Part shown: one piece after another, positions 17,216-24,907 of the stretch | Layout of the letters: each line of letters begins with the position of its first letter | How positions within the stretch are numbered: position 1 is the first letter of the stretch | Source: a virus | Taxonomy: Duplodnaviria; Caudoviricetes | Length of the DNA stretch: 34,993 nucleotides | Virus record (IMG/VR): IMGVR_UViG_3300035561_000143 | Span: 1-34,993 of that record | Direction: 5' to 3' (one strand) | Program-made: the position numbers and the translations under genes | The notes under the pieces: generated by a model | What the model was told of the DNA's origin: nothing | Database searches by the model: none | The model's input: only the letters and a program-made list of their open reading frames with translations

Positions 17216-17649
17216 AGAGTTTGCGAGAACTTACGAGTGAACCTGTCCACAGGTTTGTCAATCTTGCCGGATATGAGACTTTATCGGAAATGCAGGACGC
17301 CATGGACAAGAAGGTCATGGATTTTCTGAAAAAAGTGTACCCGGACAAGGATATTTCTTTCGATATGCTTGTCGATTCAGGCGGGAGGGGATACAACAGG
17401 ATAGACTTCAGCAAGGCCACTCAACAGGAAAAACTATGCGAGGAGTGCAGTAAAAGGGGTAGGCTGTATAACTGTCTTTCTGGCGGTTACTATTGGGATG
17501 TAGCGGAGGCAAATGGGTACATAGTTGCTTACCCAAGGGAATGCGGAGAGATGCGGAGGCAAATCGAACAGAAGGAGAAAGCGATAAAGCGAAGAAAGAA
17601 TGGCTCCTTTGAAAACCCGATAGAAGTGAAAGGATGGTGGGGCGAATGA
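17212..17649 (+). CDS. Zn-binding hypothetical protein
   Basis: CEEC...C..GGY...REC arrangement; GTGA overlap. Confidence 0.55.
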   Translation: MKSLRELTSEPVHRFVNLAGYETLSEMQDAMDKKVMDFLKKVYPDKDISFDMLVDSGGRGYNRIDFSKATQQEKLCEECSKRGRLYNCLSGGYYWDVAEANGYIVAYPRECGEMRRQIEQKEKAIKRRKNGSFENPIEVKGWWGE

Positions 17650-17972
17650 GTATCAGGTGGCGGTATATAGGTGAGCGGATATTTTTTCACATGCCCTCCG
17701 CATTCGGAGATGGTAGTTTTGTGTCCATGCACGCAAACGAGACGCTTGCCGTCAGGTCGGGGACAGAAAAAGGCAGTACGTCTCTGTTTATAGCGGACAT
17801 GGAAAGGTCGGAGGGGTTGTCGGACGCCGACAGGGACTGGCTTTTGAACATGATAGTCCACGACCTTGAAAGAGCGAATTTCGGTTCGGGGAGAATATCG
17901 GGACATTACCCTATGGGAAGCACTGGTCTTATCGAGGGACTTGATTTGAAAGGGGAATCTGTTAATGGCTAA
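17646..17972 (+). CDS. Hypothetical protein
   Basis: ATGA coupling upstream, overlap with dut downstream. Confidence 0.6.
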   Translation: MSIRWRYIGERIFFHMPSAFGDGSFVSMHANETLAVRSGTEKGSTSLFIADMERSEGLSDADRDWLLNMIVHDLERANFGSGRISGHYPMGSTGLIEGLDLKGESVNG

Positions 17973-18474
17973 GACAAGAGCACGTAAACCAACGCCAAAG
18001 GTGGTTGAAGAATCCCTTCCAGTCGTCGAGATCGCCAAGCCATCTGAACTACTAGTGAGAGTGAAGCGTCTTTCAGACGGGGCGAAGTTGCCAATATACG
18101 CTACTGCCAAAAGTGCAGGAGTGGACTTGTATGCTATGGATAAAATGGTCATCCCTTCTCAGGGGCACGCCCTTGTCAGCACGGGGCTTGCGGTAGAAAT
18201 TCCAGAGGGGTACGAAATGCAGATTCGCCCCCGCAGTGGGCTTGCGTTGCTGGGGGTTACGATACCGAATGCTCCGGGGACGATTGATTCGGATTATAGG
18301 GGTGAGGTTAAGGTCATCCTCCGCAATCTGGGTGCTTTCTCTTTTACAGTAGAACCGGGAATGCGGATAGCACAGGCCGTTGTAGCGCCCGTGACAAAGG
18401 TCAGGTTTATAGAAGTAGAGGAACTGACAGACACGGAGCGTGGTGACGGGGGGTTTGGGAGCACGGGAAAATGA
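17965..18474 (+). CDS. dut: Trimeric dUTPase
   Basis: [36 protein letters not shown] motifs. Confidence 0.97.
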   Translation: MAKTRARKPTPKVVEESLPVVEIAKPSELLVRVKRLSDGAKLPIYATAKSAGVDLYAMDKMVIPSQGHALVSTGLAVEIPEGYEMQIRPRSGLALLGVTIPNAPGTIDSDYRGEVKVILRNLGAFSFTVEPGMRIAQAVVAPVTKVRFIEVEELTDTERGDGGFGSTGK

Positions 18475-18842
18475 GCACTGCCAATTCCAAAATCTTCAAG
18501 AGCGAGCATGATTCCGGCAGGAAACTGATATTCAGGGCGCTTATGGAAGACGTGGCTCGTCAGGCCAAAACACCCGTAGAGTTTGAGTACCGGTTTCATT
18601 CTACCCGAAGGTGGCGGTTCGACTGCGCTTTTCCGGAACGCAAGGTCGCTCTTGAGATAGAGGGGGGTGTGTGGCTTCAGGGTCGCCATAACAGACCCGC
18701 AGGATTCGAAAAGGACCGGGACAAGTACAACAACGCGGCCTTGTCGGGATGGATGGTGATAAGGACCGTGTGGAAAGAAGTTCAGAGCGGGAAGGCCGCG
18801 GAATTGGTCGGTCTGGCTCTTTTCGGGGAGGTGGAGAAGTGA
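18471..18842 (+). CDS. Restriction-endonuclease-fold (DUF559/Vsr-like) nuclease
   Basis: [23 protein letters not shown]...GRH...D..KYN.A...GW. Confidence 0.8.
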   Translation: MSTANSKIFKSEHDSGRKLIFRALMEDVARQAKTPVEFEYRFHSTRRWRFDCAFPERKVALEIEGGVWLQGRHNRPAGFEKDRDKYNNAALSGWMVIRTVWKEVQSGKAAELVGLALFGEVEK

Positions 18843-19384
18843 AGCGGAAGTATGTCTTAGCGGAAAACGCCCTAAAGAAAGCGTCGTGCTCTAAGGAGTT
18901 ATTCGAAAACGCCCGTGCCAGACTTTACAGCATATCTATGGGTTCGTCTCCCCACTTGACTAGGCCAGTGCAGGGGAACAGACCCACTGATGTTGTTGAA
19001 AGGCTTGAGTCAGACCCAGCGCTCAAGGAACTAGAACACATTATCTGGGTTATATCGGAGTTTACCTACAACTCCAAGGTCCCAGCCCACGTCAGGGAAA
19101 CTATCTACAAGATTTACTTCTACAAACACTCTCTTCGGGACATCCAAGCGGAATACGGGGTGTCAGCAAGGACCGTAAGGCGTTGGAGGCAACAAGGGCT
19201 TGAGCAGATAACAAAACTACTGAAGGGGGAGTTGAGTGTGCAGATGGAGGACGACTTTAAGGCTAACATGGAAAAAATTCGACAGGAGTTTTTGCAAGCA
19301 GGAGTGGGGAAGGAAACCACCGACAGAATACTGGAATACATGGCCAGCGCTTCAGAGGAAGGGTTGACACCCAAGTCGCAGTAG
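18839..19384 (+). CDS. Sigma-region-4-like HTH, candidate late transcription activator
   Basis: YFYKHSLRDIQAEYGVSARTVRRWRQQGLEQI; last gene of the rightward operon. Confidence 0.6.
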   Translation: MKRKYVLAENALKKASCSKELFENARARLYSISMGSSPHLTRPVQGNRPTDVVERLESDPALKELEHIIWVISEFTYNSKVPAHVRETIYKIYFYKHSLRDIQAEYGVSARTVRRWRQQGLEQITKLLKGELSVQMEDDFKANMEKIRQEFLQAGVGKETTDRILEYMASASEEGLTPKSQ

Positions 19385-19401
19385 GATAGATGCAGACAAG
19401 C

Positions 19402-19437
19402 GAAAAGGGCACCTGCCTAGGGGTGCCCTTTTCTTTT
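19402..19437. terminator. Bidirectional intrinsic terminator between convergent operons
   Basis: GAAAAGGGCACC-loop-GGTGCCCTTTTC followed by TTTT. Confidence 0.88.
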
Positions 19438-19490
19438 GCTAGAGCGAAGCGGAGAGTGTAACTAGATTATGACATATCCCGCCCTCAAGG

Positions 19491-19838
19491 TCAATCGGGA
19501 TCCAATTCTTTCGCCATTATCATGATTGTCGATGTGGTCCCAAACTGCGTCCAGAGGTCTTCAAGAGTCTCAAGCAAATCCTGTTTTTCCGTTTCCGTTT
19601 GGGTTGAAAAAACCCTTTTTATCGGGACATCGAATGCTGTTGTGTCTGACTTGATGTTCTCCAGCGTCTCTTTCATGAAGATGCCCATTATACTTGTCAT
19701 TGTCAACACAAAAGTCGTGGTTCTGTCTCTGTTTTCTTTGTCCAAGTGATTCGCCAAGGACATCATTAGGTTTTTGTCTGACGCAGTCGCCAGTATCGCA
19801 GAGATGGCGTCATCGCTCAACATTACGGCTTTGCTCAT
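19491..19838 (-). CDS. Hypothetical protein
   Basis: SD AAGGAGG, ATGA coupling to upstream gene. Confidence 0.7.
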   Translation of the reverse strand: MSKAVMLSDDAISAILATASDKNLMMSLANHLDKENRDRTTTFVLTMTSIMGIFMKETLENIKSDTTAFDVPIKRVFSTQTETEKQDLLETLEDLWTQFGTTSTIMIMAKELDPD

Positions 19839-20029
19839 CTTTTTATGCCTCCTTTTTTGATTATCTGTAGCAGGATATTCATCTTCTTGTCTTTCTCCCG
19901 CTCCACGTACTCTTCAAGTGCCAAGGCGATTGTGGGAGACGGTTTCATACCTGACAACTCACAAGCCTTATCAAGGGTGTCCTTCGTGCTGTCCGACAGG
20001 TACAGGTCCATTCTCGGCATCTTTTCCAT
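19835..20029 (-). CDS. Ribbon-helix-helix DNA-binding protein
   Basis: RMDLYLS alternating strand followed by two helices (LDKACELSG; TIALALEEYV). Confidence 0.7.
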   Translation of the reverse strand: MEKMPRMDLYLSDSTKDTLDKACELSGMKPSPTIALALEEYVEREKDKKMNILLQIIKKGGIKR

Positions 20030-20315
20030 CCTCCTCCAAGTCTACCCAAAGCGTTTTCGTGTTCTGTCGTGATAGCCATAAGTCAATTGCCAACCCTCGG
20101 CTTGCCAATTTTCGCGCGTCGCCTTCAGAAAGGCTCGTTAGAATGAAGCGTCCATTCTTTTCCGAAAAATAGCCTAGTCGTATCTTCCAGCAAGATTCAG
20201 GCAATTCCCTTAATGTGGCTACCAACTCAACGCCACGTGGTGAAAATTCCAAATTGAGTTCTACGTTCTCTCTCTTTAGGTAGGGGTTTGTGTCTGCGCC
20301 CTTTTTCAGAATCAT
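19971..20315 (-). CDS. Hypothetical protein
   Basis: SD GGAGGTG before ATG 20315; ATGA coupling. Confidence 0.6.
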   Translation of the reverse strand: MILKKGADTNPYLKRENVELNLEFSPRGVELVATLRELPESCWKIRLGYFSEKNGRFILTSLSEGDARKLASRGLAIDLWLSRQNTKTLWVDLEEDGKDAENGPVPVGQHEGHP

Positions 20316-20509
20316 GCTCCCCACCTCCATATTTCAAACATCCAGATCGTTAAATACACCTGCATAGTGCCTAGAATCATGAGCATCGCGAGCCATGAAA
20401 ATCTGCGTTCCGGAGATGCAAACAAGGTAACCAGCACATAGAGTATTACCACAGAAGCGACGACGTGAAACGCCAAGGCAAGCCTGACGATATCAAACAT
20501 CTTTCTCAC
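20312..20509 (-). CDS. Small two-TM membrane protein
   Basis: Two hydrophobic segments separated by PERR. Confidence 0.6.
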   Translation of the reverse strand: MRKMFDIVRLALAFHVVASVVILYVLVTLFASPERRFSWLAMLMILGTMQVYLTIWMFEIWRWGA

Positions 20510-20846
20510 TTCCTAACTCCAGGCCGTAATCACTTACGGTCTTATGTTTGCTTATATCCCACTCCAAACCGTATTTCCGGTTGAGTTCCATCTGGAGTTC
20601 TGGATGAAGTCGCCCGAAACTCCAGATTTTACTCCTGCATTTCCAGTGATAAGGTCCCTTGAGACGCTTCTTTTTGGTTTGTGGATTCCGCATGTCGTTT
20701 CCGCCCGATTCTCCGCAGAATATACAGACCGGCGTTTCGCCCTTTGGTTTAGGCGCTCTGGTATCAATTCCAAGCGCCCTATTCAAACGCTCTACCTCCC
20801 GTTTCAGCATCACAATATCCATTTCCATCATTTCCATCGTCTTCAT
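20493..20846 (-). CDS. Hypothetical Zn-finger-like protein
   Basis: SD AAGGAGGGTG; CIFCG...HWKC. Confidence 0.6.
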   Translation of the reverse strand: MKTMEMMEMDIVMLKREVERLNRALGIDTRAPKPKGETPVCIFCGESGGNDMRNPQTKKKRLKGPYHWKCRSKIWSFGRLHPELQMELNRKYGLEWDISKHKTVSDYGLELGSEKDV

Positions 20847-20878
20847 TTCGCACCCTCCTTTCGGTGGTAATAATTCCA

Positions 20879-21124
20879 TTAGACTCTGTCTTTTCGGAAT
20901 CTCTTGTAGAACGAGTATCCGAACCCACTTACTGTGACGAGCAGGTATTTGTCGTCTTCCACAACGCCTGTAATCTTCAGTTTGTCAAACGACACCTCCC
21001 CTTTTTCTCTCACTTTCAGCGTGATGGAAATTCCGCCATCTCTGTTTTTGGGTCCGCCCGTGAGCGTTTCCTTGCGTCCGTCAATGTCCGCTTCAAGCCA
21101 AAAATTCCTGACGTTCCTAGGCAT
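20879..21124 (-). CDS. Hypothetical phage protein
   Basis: SD AAGGAGGAG before MPRNVRNFWLEADIDGRK. Confidence 0.7.
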   Translation of the reverse strand: MPRNVRNFWLEADIDGRKETLTGGPKNRDGGISITLKVREKGEVSFDKLKITGVVEDDKYLLVTVSGFGYSFYKRFRKDRV

Positions 21125-21126
21125 AG

Positions 21127-21318
21127 TCAACTCCTCCTTTTCCCTACAAGGACTATTCCCTGTTCTATCCCTGTTTCCAAAACCATTAGGCAAGCATGTT
21201 TGAGCGATGGACAGTTTCTCATAACTGTTTTTTCCGGGGTGACCCACAGCGCAATATCGCCTCTGTCGTCGTAATATCTTGCAAACAACCCCTCTCCCGC
21301 TGTCTCTGCTCTTTTCAT
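21127..21318 (-). CDS. Hypothetical protein
   Basis: Fills the operon gap, SD GGAGGAG. Confidence 0.6.
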   Translation of the reverse strand: MKRAETAGEGLFARYYDDRGDIALWVTPEKTVMRNCPSLKHACLMVLETGIEQGIVLVGKRRS

Positions 21319-21322
21319 TTCA

Positions 21323-21694
21323 TCACTCCTCCTCTTCTTCTATGTCTGTCCCGAAATACTCCTCGACCTCTTGCCATGCTAGTGTGCGGAGAATAAAGTA
21401 CGCCATCTTTGTTATGACGAAGTCGAGGTCAAAGTCCTTGCTTAGACCAATGTTGTTGAAGTTAAGCCTGACCTTTTTGAATGCATATTGGTAAACTCCG
21501 GGATCTGCTCGACGCACACAATCAACTAGCGCCCAGGCCTTGTCATAAAAAAGCACGTGTGACGAAAGAGAGATGTCCTCTTTGATGTTGGATAGAATTT
21601 CTTGTTCGTTCAAGTACTTTTCAGACTCCTCAATGTTGACTTTTACCAACTCCCGCATCTCGTTCTTATAGTCCTTATAGACATAACGCTTCAT
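21323..21694 (-). CDS. Possible Ocr-like (T7 gp0.3 fold) anti-restriction protein
   Basis: 123 aa, first gene after an early promoter; HVLFYDKAWALV and ITKMAYFIL segments, poly-Glu tail; resemblance by eye only. Confidence 0.45.
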   Translation of the reverse strand: MKRYVYKDYKNEMRELVKVNIEESEKYLNEQEILSNIKEDISLSSHVLFYDKAWALVDCVRRADPGVYQYAFKKVRLNFNNIGLSKDFDLDFVITKMAYFILRTLAWQEVEEYFGTDIEEEEE

Positions 21695-21727
21695 TTCAGC
21701 ACTCTCCTCCCGTGTTCGGATAGTACT

Positions 21728-21755
21728 ATCATACTATGCGGGTACGTATACGCAA
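21728..21755 (-). promoter_or_regulatory. Sigma70-type early promoter A
   Basis: TTGCGT-16 nt-TATGAT upstream of SD GGAGG of the gene starting at 21694. Confidence 0.6.
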
Positions 21756-21863
21756 TAGGTCCTAGGTCCCATCTTTGCGCCCGTAAACGGGACGTCCTAA
21801 TGGTGCGCCCGCAAGAAGAAGGCCACGGGACTGGTGAATCATTAAAATTTTCTTAAAAAACTT

Positions 21864-21968
21864 GTGGTAATTTTTCCATCGGGGCAAAAAAGTGCGGGTG
21901 GTAATTTTTCCATCGCGGTTTTTTAGGGCGGGTGGGTCGGTTTTTTGCGGGTGGTATCTTTTCCATCG
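21864..21968. repeat. Three 18-bp quasi-palindromic repeats
   Basis: GTGGTAATTTTTCCATCG at 21864 and 21898; GTGGTATCTTTTCCATCG at 21951. Confidence 0.85.
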
Positions 21969-21983
21969 GGTGTTTTTCGGGGC

Positions 21984-22010
21984 AAAAAAAGGGAGCGCTT
22001 GCGCGCTCCC
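21984..22010 (-). terminator. Intrinsic terminator of the amidoligase/GATase operon
   Basis: Minus strand GGGAGCGC-GCAA-GCGCTCCC-TTTTTTT. Confidence 0.92.
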
Positions 22011-22025
22011 CTGCGGTGCGGGTTG

Positions 22026-22955
22026 CTAGTCTGTGTCGTAAGGGGTTATGCCTGTCCTTTCATAGAGCGATATTTCAGAAGGTGTCCAGTGCTTTTTTTC
22101 TTCGTCGATGTAGGGGTCGGAGCGTGTTTCGCGTAGGTACGGTTTTGGAGTCAAATATGCCTCGGCGCAATAGTCGTCATCGGGCGTATAAGTGTAATGG
22201 TAGGTGCGTGTCGTTGTCGGTTGGGGTTTTGTGTAGATTGTTTTCCCATCGTACCAAACAATATTTGACGGGACATCTTCGCTGATAGAACGGGGCAATT
22301 CAGAGCATACCAGTAATTCTTTGTGATTGTATTGCCGTAGGTCGCCACGACCGGACGAATAAAACGGTCTCCCGTTTTTGGTCCCGACAAAAACGGACCC
22401 AAAATGCGCGAATGTTTTCGGGATCGGTAAACCTAACGAAAGAACAATTCTCGCTATGGCTTCACAGTCGGTTTTGCCTCCGTAAAAAGTTCCGAAAGAA
22501 AAGGGGCTTTCTGTGCCGTTTTGCGCGATCAACAGATCGGTTCTTCCTTTTTTGCGCTTCGTGTAAAAATGGTAGGGGTGGCAATTCCGATCGCTTATGT
22601 CTCCTGCAGAAGCAAGGCGGGTGTGAAAAACAGCGAAACGATAATCAGCGGTCAAGAGTTGTTCGGCGCAAGATTCGGTTTCAAGACTGGTTCCTTTCGT
22701 CAAGGTCACGTTTTGGCCTTCGGCGTCATGGACAAGGGCAAGTCCATTGCCATGTCCACCTAGGCTTAACTCGAGTTCCAGCAACAGGTTAACGAGGCCG
22801 TCTTTATAGTTGTTCGGCTTCGCTGTTTTGGAGTCTTCGCCATATTTCCAGTACCAATTGGAGTATTTCCCATAGGGTTTAGATTCCTTCAGGGTTTTTA
22901 GTTCCTTGTGTAGCGCTAATATCGCCTTTTTGCTGCCTAGCATCAATCTGCACAT
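22026..22955 (-). CDS. Class II (Ntn) glutamine amidotransferase
   Basis: Cys2 nucleophile (MCRL), FHTRLAS, NCHPY, QNG, TDCE. Confidence 0.88.
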   Translation of the reverse strand: MCRLMLGSKKAILALHKELKTLKESKPYGKYSNWYWKYGEDSKTAKPNNYKDGLVNLLLELELSLGGHGNGLALVHDAEGQNVTLTKGTSLETESCAEQLLTADYRFAVFHTRLASAGDISDRNCHPYHFYTKRKKGRTDLLIAQNGTESPFSFGTFYGGKTDCEAIARIVLSLGLPIPKTFAHFGSVFVGTKNGRPFYSSGRGDLRQYNHKELLVCSELPRSISEDVPSNIVWYDGKTIYTKPQPTTTRTYHYTYTPDDDYCAEAYLTPKPYLRETRSDPYIDEEKKHWTPSEISLYERTGITPYDTD

Positions 22956-22958
22956 TTT

Positions 22959-24086
22959 TTAGCACTCTCCTCTCTGATTTATCACGGGTGTCCAGTCGTT
23001 TTGCTTCCAGCCTGGGAATCGTTCTTCCAGGTAGTGATAAAGGTTTTTGCGGGGGAGTCTTGCTCCTTGCACATGTTTAATTATGTCGGTTAGTTTTGCT
23101 CCGTTCACTGCTTTGACGGTTTTAGCCATGCAATAGGCAATCATGGCGTTGTACATTTCAAGGGTCGCCATAAGCGTTGTATATTTCAGGGTGCCTTTGG
23201 CCAGCCTCCACTCTAGGGTTTTGGACCTAAGGGGCCGGGAGGTATGATAAATATTACAGACGTTGAGCGATGAGTATCGGTTTCCTGCTCCTTTGACGGC
23301 CTCGTACAGTTCGTCTAGAGCCTGTTCATCTCGTCTGCTCGTGATGTTGTCAAGAGATTGAGCGTATGAGTTATAGGGTCTGCGGCAAAACAGGGCAAGG
23401 TCGTTTGCGTTACGGCAAGCCAACAACAACATTTTGGCTACAGTTAAGTCTCTTTCAAGGTTCGTGCTTCCCATCGCTTGATACGATGCATGGATGTGGA
23501 GGCCTGCCGTGTGGGTGTCATGAGCGCGATAACCTAGGTTGACGGCTCGTTTACAGATACCTTTGTAGTCGATGTCTGTATGGTATCTGATAGTACAAGG
23601 TGCGGTGACGATCTCAAAGCCGTTATCCAGGCTCCCGTCATGCTCGGCGTGCATGACGTGCGGGTGGTATTGTCCCATTATTTCCTCTGCGTAAGCATGG
23701 CTATATCCTCCATTGTCGATTTCTATTTCTATCCCGTAATACATGGTTTCCTCTGTTTGGGCTTCGTCCTCCCTTGCTTTTTTCGGGTGGGTAATTCCAC
23801 AATGGTAGTTGTGTATTACCCTCTCTTCCTCTTCGTCCTCGTTTTCGTTGTCGTCTTCGAGGACAACATTTCCGTCTCGGTATGCCTCTCTCCACTCTTC
23901 GACTCCTGGGATGGGGCAGCGTACTATATCGAGGTTTGTCAGATAATGCATTCCATGCTCGTAGATATCATTCCCGTGACGGATCAGACTGCAATCCATG
24001 CAGTACGTTCCGTCGCTCCAACTGTATAGGTCCGCTCGGGGGAATCGGTTTCCGCATCTTTCGCATCTGATCATACTACTAGGCAT
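22959..24086 (-). CDS. Putative amidoligase (COOH-NH2 ligase, Amidoligase_2-like) with N-terminal Zn finger
   Basis: GIEIEI, DGSL, FEIVT.P, GLHIH, RYSSLN, LEWR..KGTL; CERC...CMDC. Confidence 0.88.
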   Translation of the reverse strand: MPSSMIRCERCGNRFPRADLYSWSDGTYCMDCSLIRHGNDIYEHGMHYLTNLDIVRCPIPGVEEWREAYRDGNVVLEDDNENEDEEEERVIHNYHCGITHPKKAREDEAQTEETMYYGIEIEIDNGGYSHAYAEEIMGQYHPHVMHAEHDGSLDNGFEIVTAPCTIRYHTDIDYKGICKRAVNLGYRAHDTHTAGLHIHASYQAMGSTNLERDLTVAKMLLLACRNANDLALFCRRPYNSYAQSLDNITSRRDEQALDELYEAVKGAGNRYSSLNVCNIYHTSRPLRSKTLEWRLAKGTLKYTTLMATLEMYNAMIAYCMAKTVKAVNGAKLTDIIKHVQGARLPRKNLYHYLEERFPGWKQNDWTPVINQRGEC

Positions 24087-24122
24087 TTCTTACACTCTCC
24101 TCCCTTTCGTCTACTCGCTAGT

Positions 24123-24185
24123 TCAAAGCCGGCTCAACAGCACTGCTAACGCGACCGCTAATATCCATATAATCGCATAATTCAT
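24123..24185 (-). CDS. 20-aa hydrophobic peptide (not in ORF track)
   Basis: MNYAIIWILAVALAVLLSRL*, preceded by GAAAGGAG and promoter B. Confidence 0.6.
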   Translation of the reverse strand: MNYAIIWILAVALAVLLSRL

Positions 24186-24226
24186 ACTCTCTCTCCTTTC
24201 GTGTTCGGATAGGTGGCGCCGTGTCT

Positions 24227-24255
24227 ATATTATCACGACTATACGTATAGCGCAA
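24227..24255 (-). promoter_or_regulatory. Sigma70-type early promoter B with palindrome in the spacer
   Basis: TTGCGC-17 nt-TAATAT with TGn extension; CTATACGTATAG palindrome at 24239-24250. Confidence 0.7.
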
Positions 24256-24593
24256 CAGGCAATATGGGCTGGCGTTTCGGGGGAGTGCCGAGGGTCCTAA
24301 TAGGACCTTTGGCCTAGTCGGTGACCATAACGGCAATTTGTGTGGTACGATTGATTACAGTCCTTCCTCTATCGGTTTAAGTTCGTTCCGCTCCGTGAGG
24401 CCTGATATCGGTTCGCTCCTGGTATTGGTAGGGTGTCGGGCGGGTGTCCCGTGCGGATCGCTGCCGGGCCGCTTTCCTTCAGTGGCAATAATTCCATCTA
24501 GGTTTTCGGCTTCATGTCGGTGTCTCTTTCCTTCCGTTTCCTTCCTGTTACGGGCTTTTGGGATCTTTTCCATGCGGTACTTTCCGGCGATTC

Positions 24594-24651
24594 GCGGGTG
24601 GATGACGGCGGGTGATGAGCGGGTGATGAGCGGGTGATAGGCGGGTGATGG
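24594..24651. repeat. 11-bp tandem repeat GCGGGTGATRR
   Basis: Units at 24608, 24619, 24630, 24641 plus a variant at 24594. Confidence 0.9.
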
Positions 24652-24877
24652 GTTTAACCCTCCGCTTCTCACTCGTTACGTTTTCCCCACGCGACCGCTT
24701 CAGCAGTCCAGGCTCGCGACCGGGCACACTCAAGGGTGCCGTTCCGGGACGATCCGACCGGGCGTCCACTCGACCACGACCGGGGCGCACCCCCCAAGGC
24801 GCGGACGGGCGCGGTATGCGAATAAACCCCTCGTCCGCTCCCGCACGTGAAACCACTATACGCATACGACCTTGATA

Positions 24878-24886
24878 TGGTACAAT
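24878..24886 (+). promoter_or_regulatory. Candidate late promoter (extended -10, no consensus -35)
   Basis: TGGTACAAT just upstream of SD GGAGGT of the first late gene. Confidence 0.5.
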
Positions 24887-24907
24887 CCGGTGGGAGGTGG
24901 TAGTGGT

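Noticed and set aside
19364-19392. Perfect TTGACA suggesting a promoter
   Set aside because: No good -10 at 16-18 nt spacing and it points straight into a terminator.
21864-21968. Mini-CRISPR array
   Set aside because: Repeats only 18 bp with gaps of 16 and 35 bp of low complexity; fits operator sites better.
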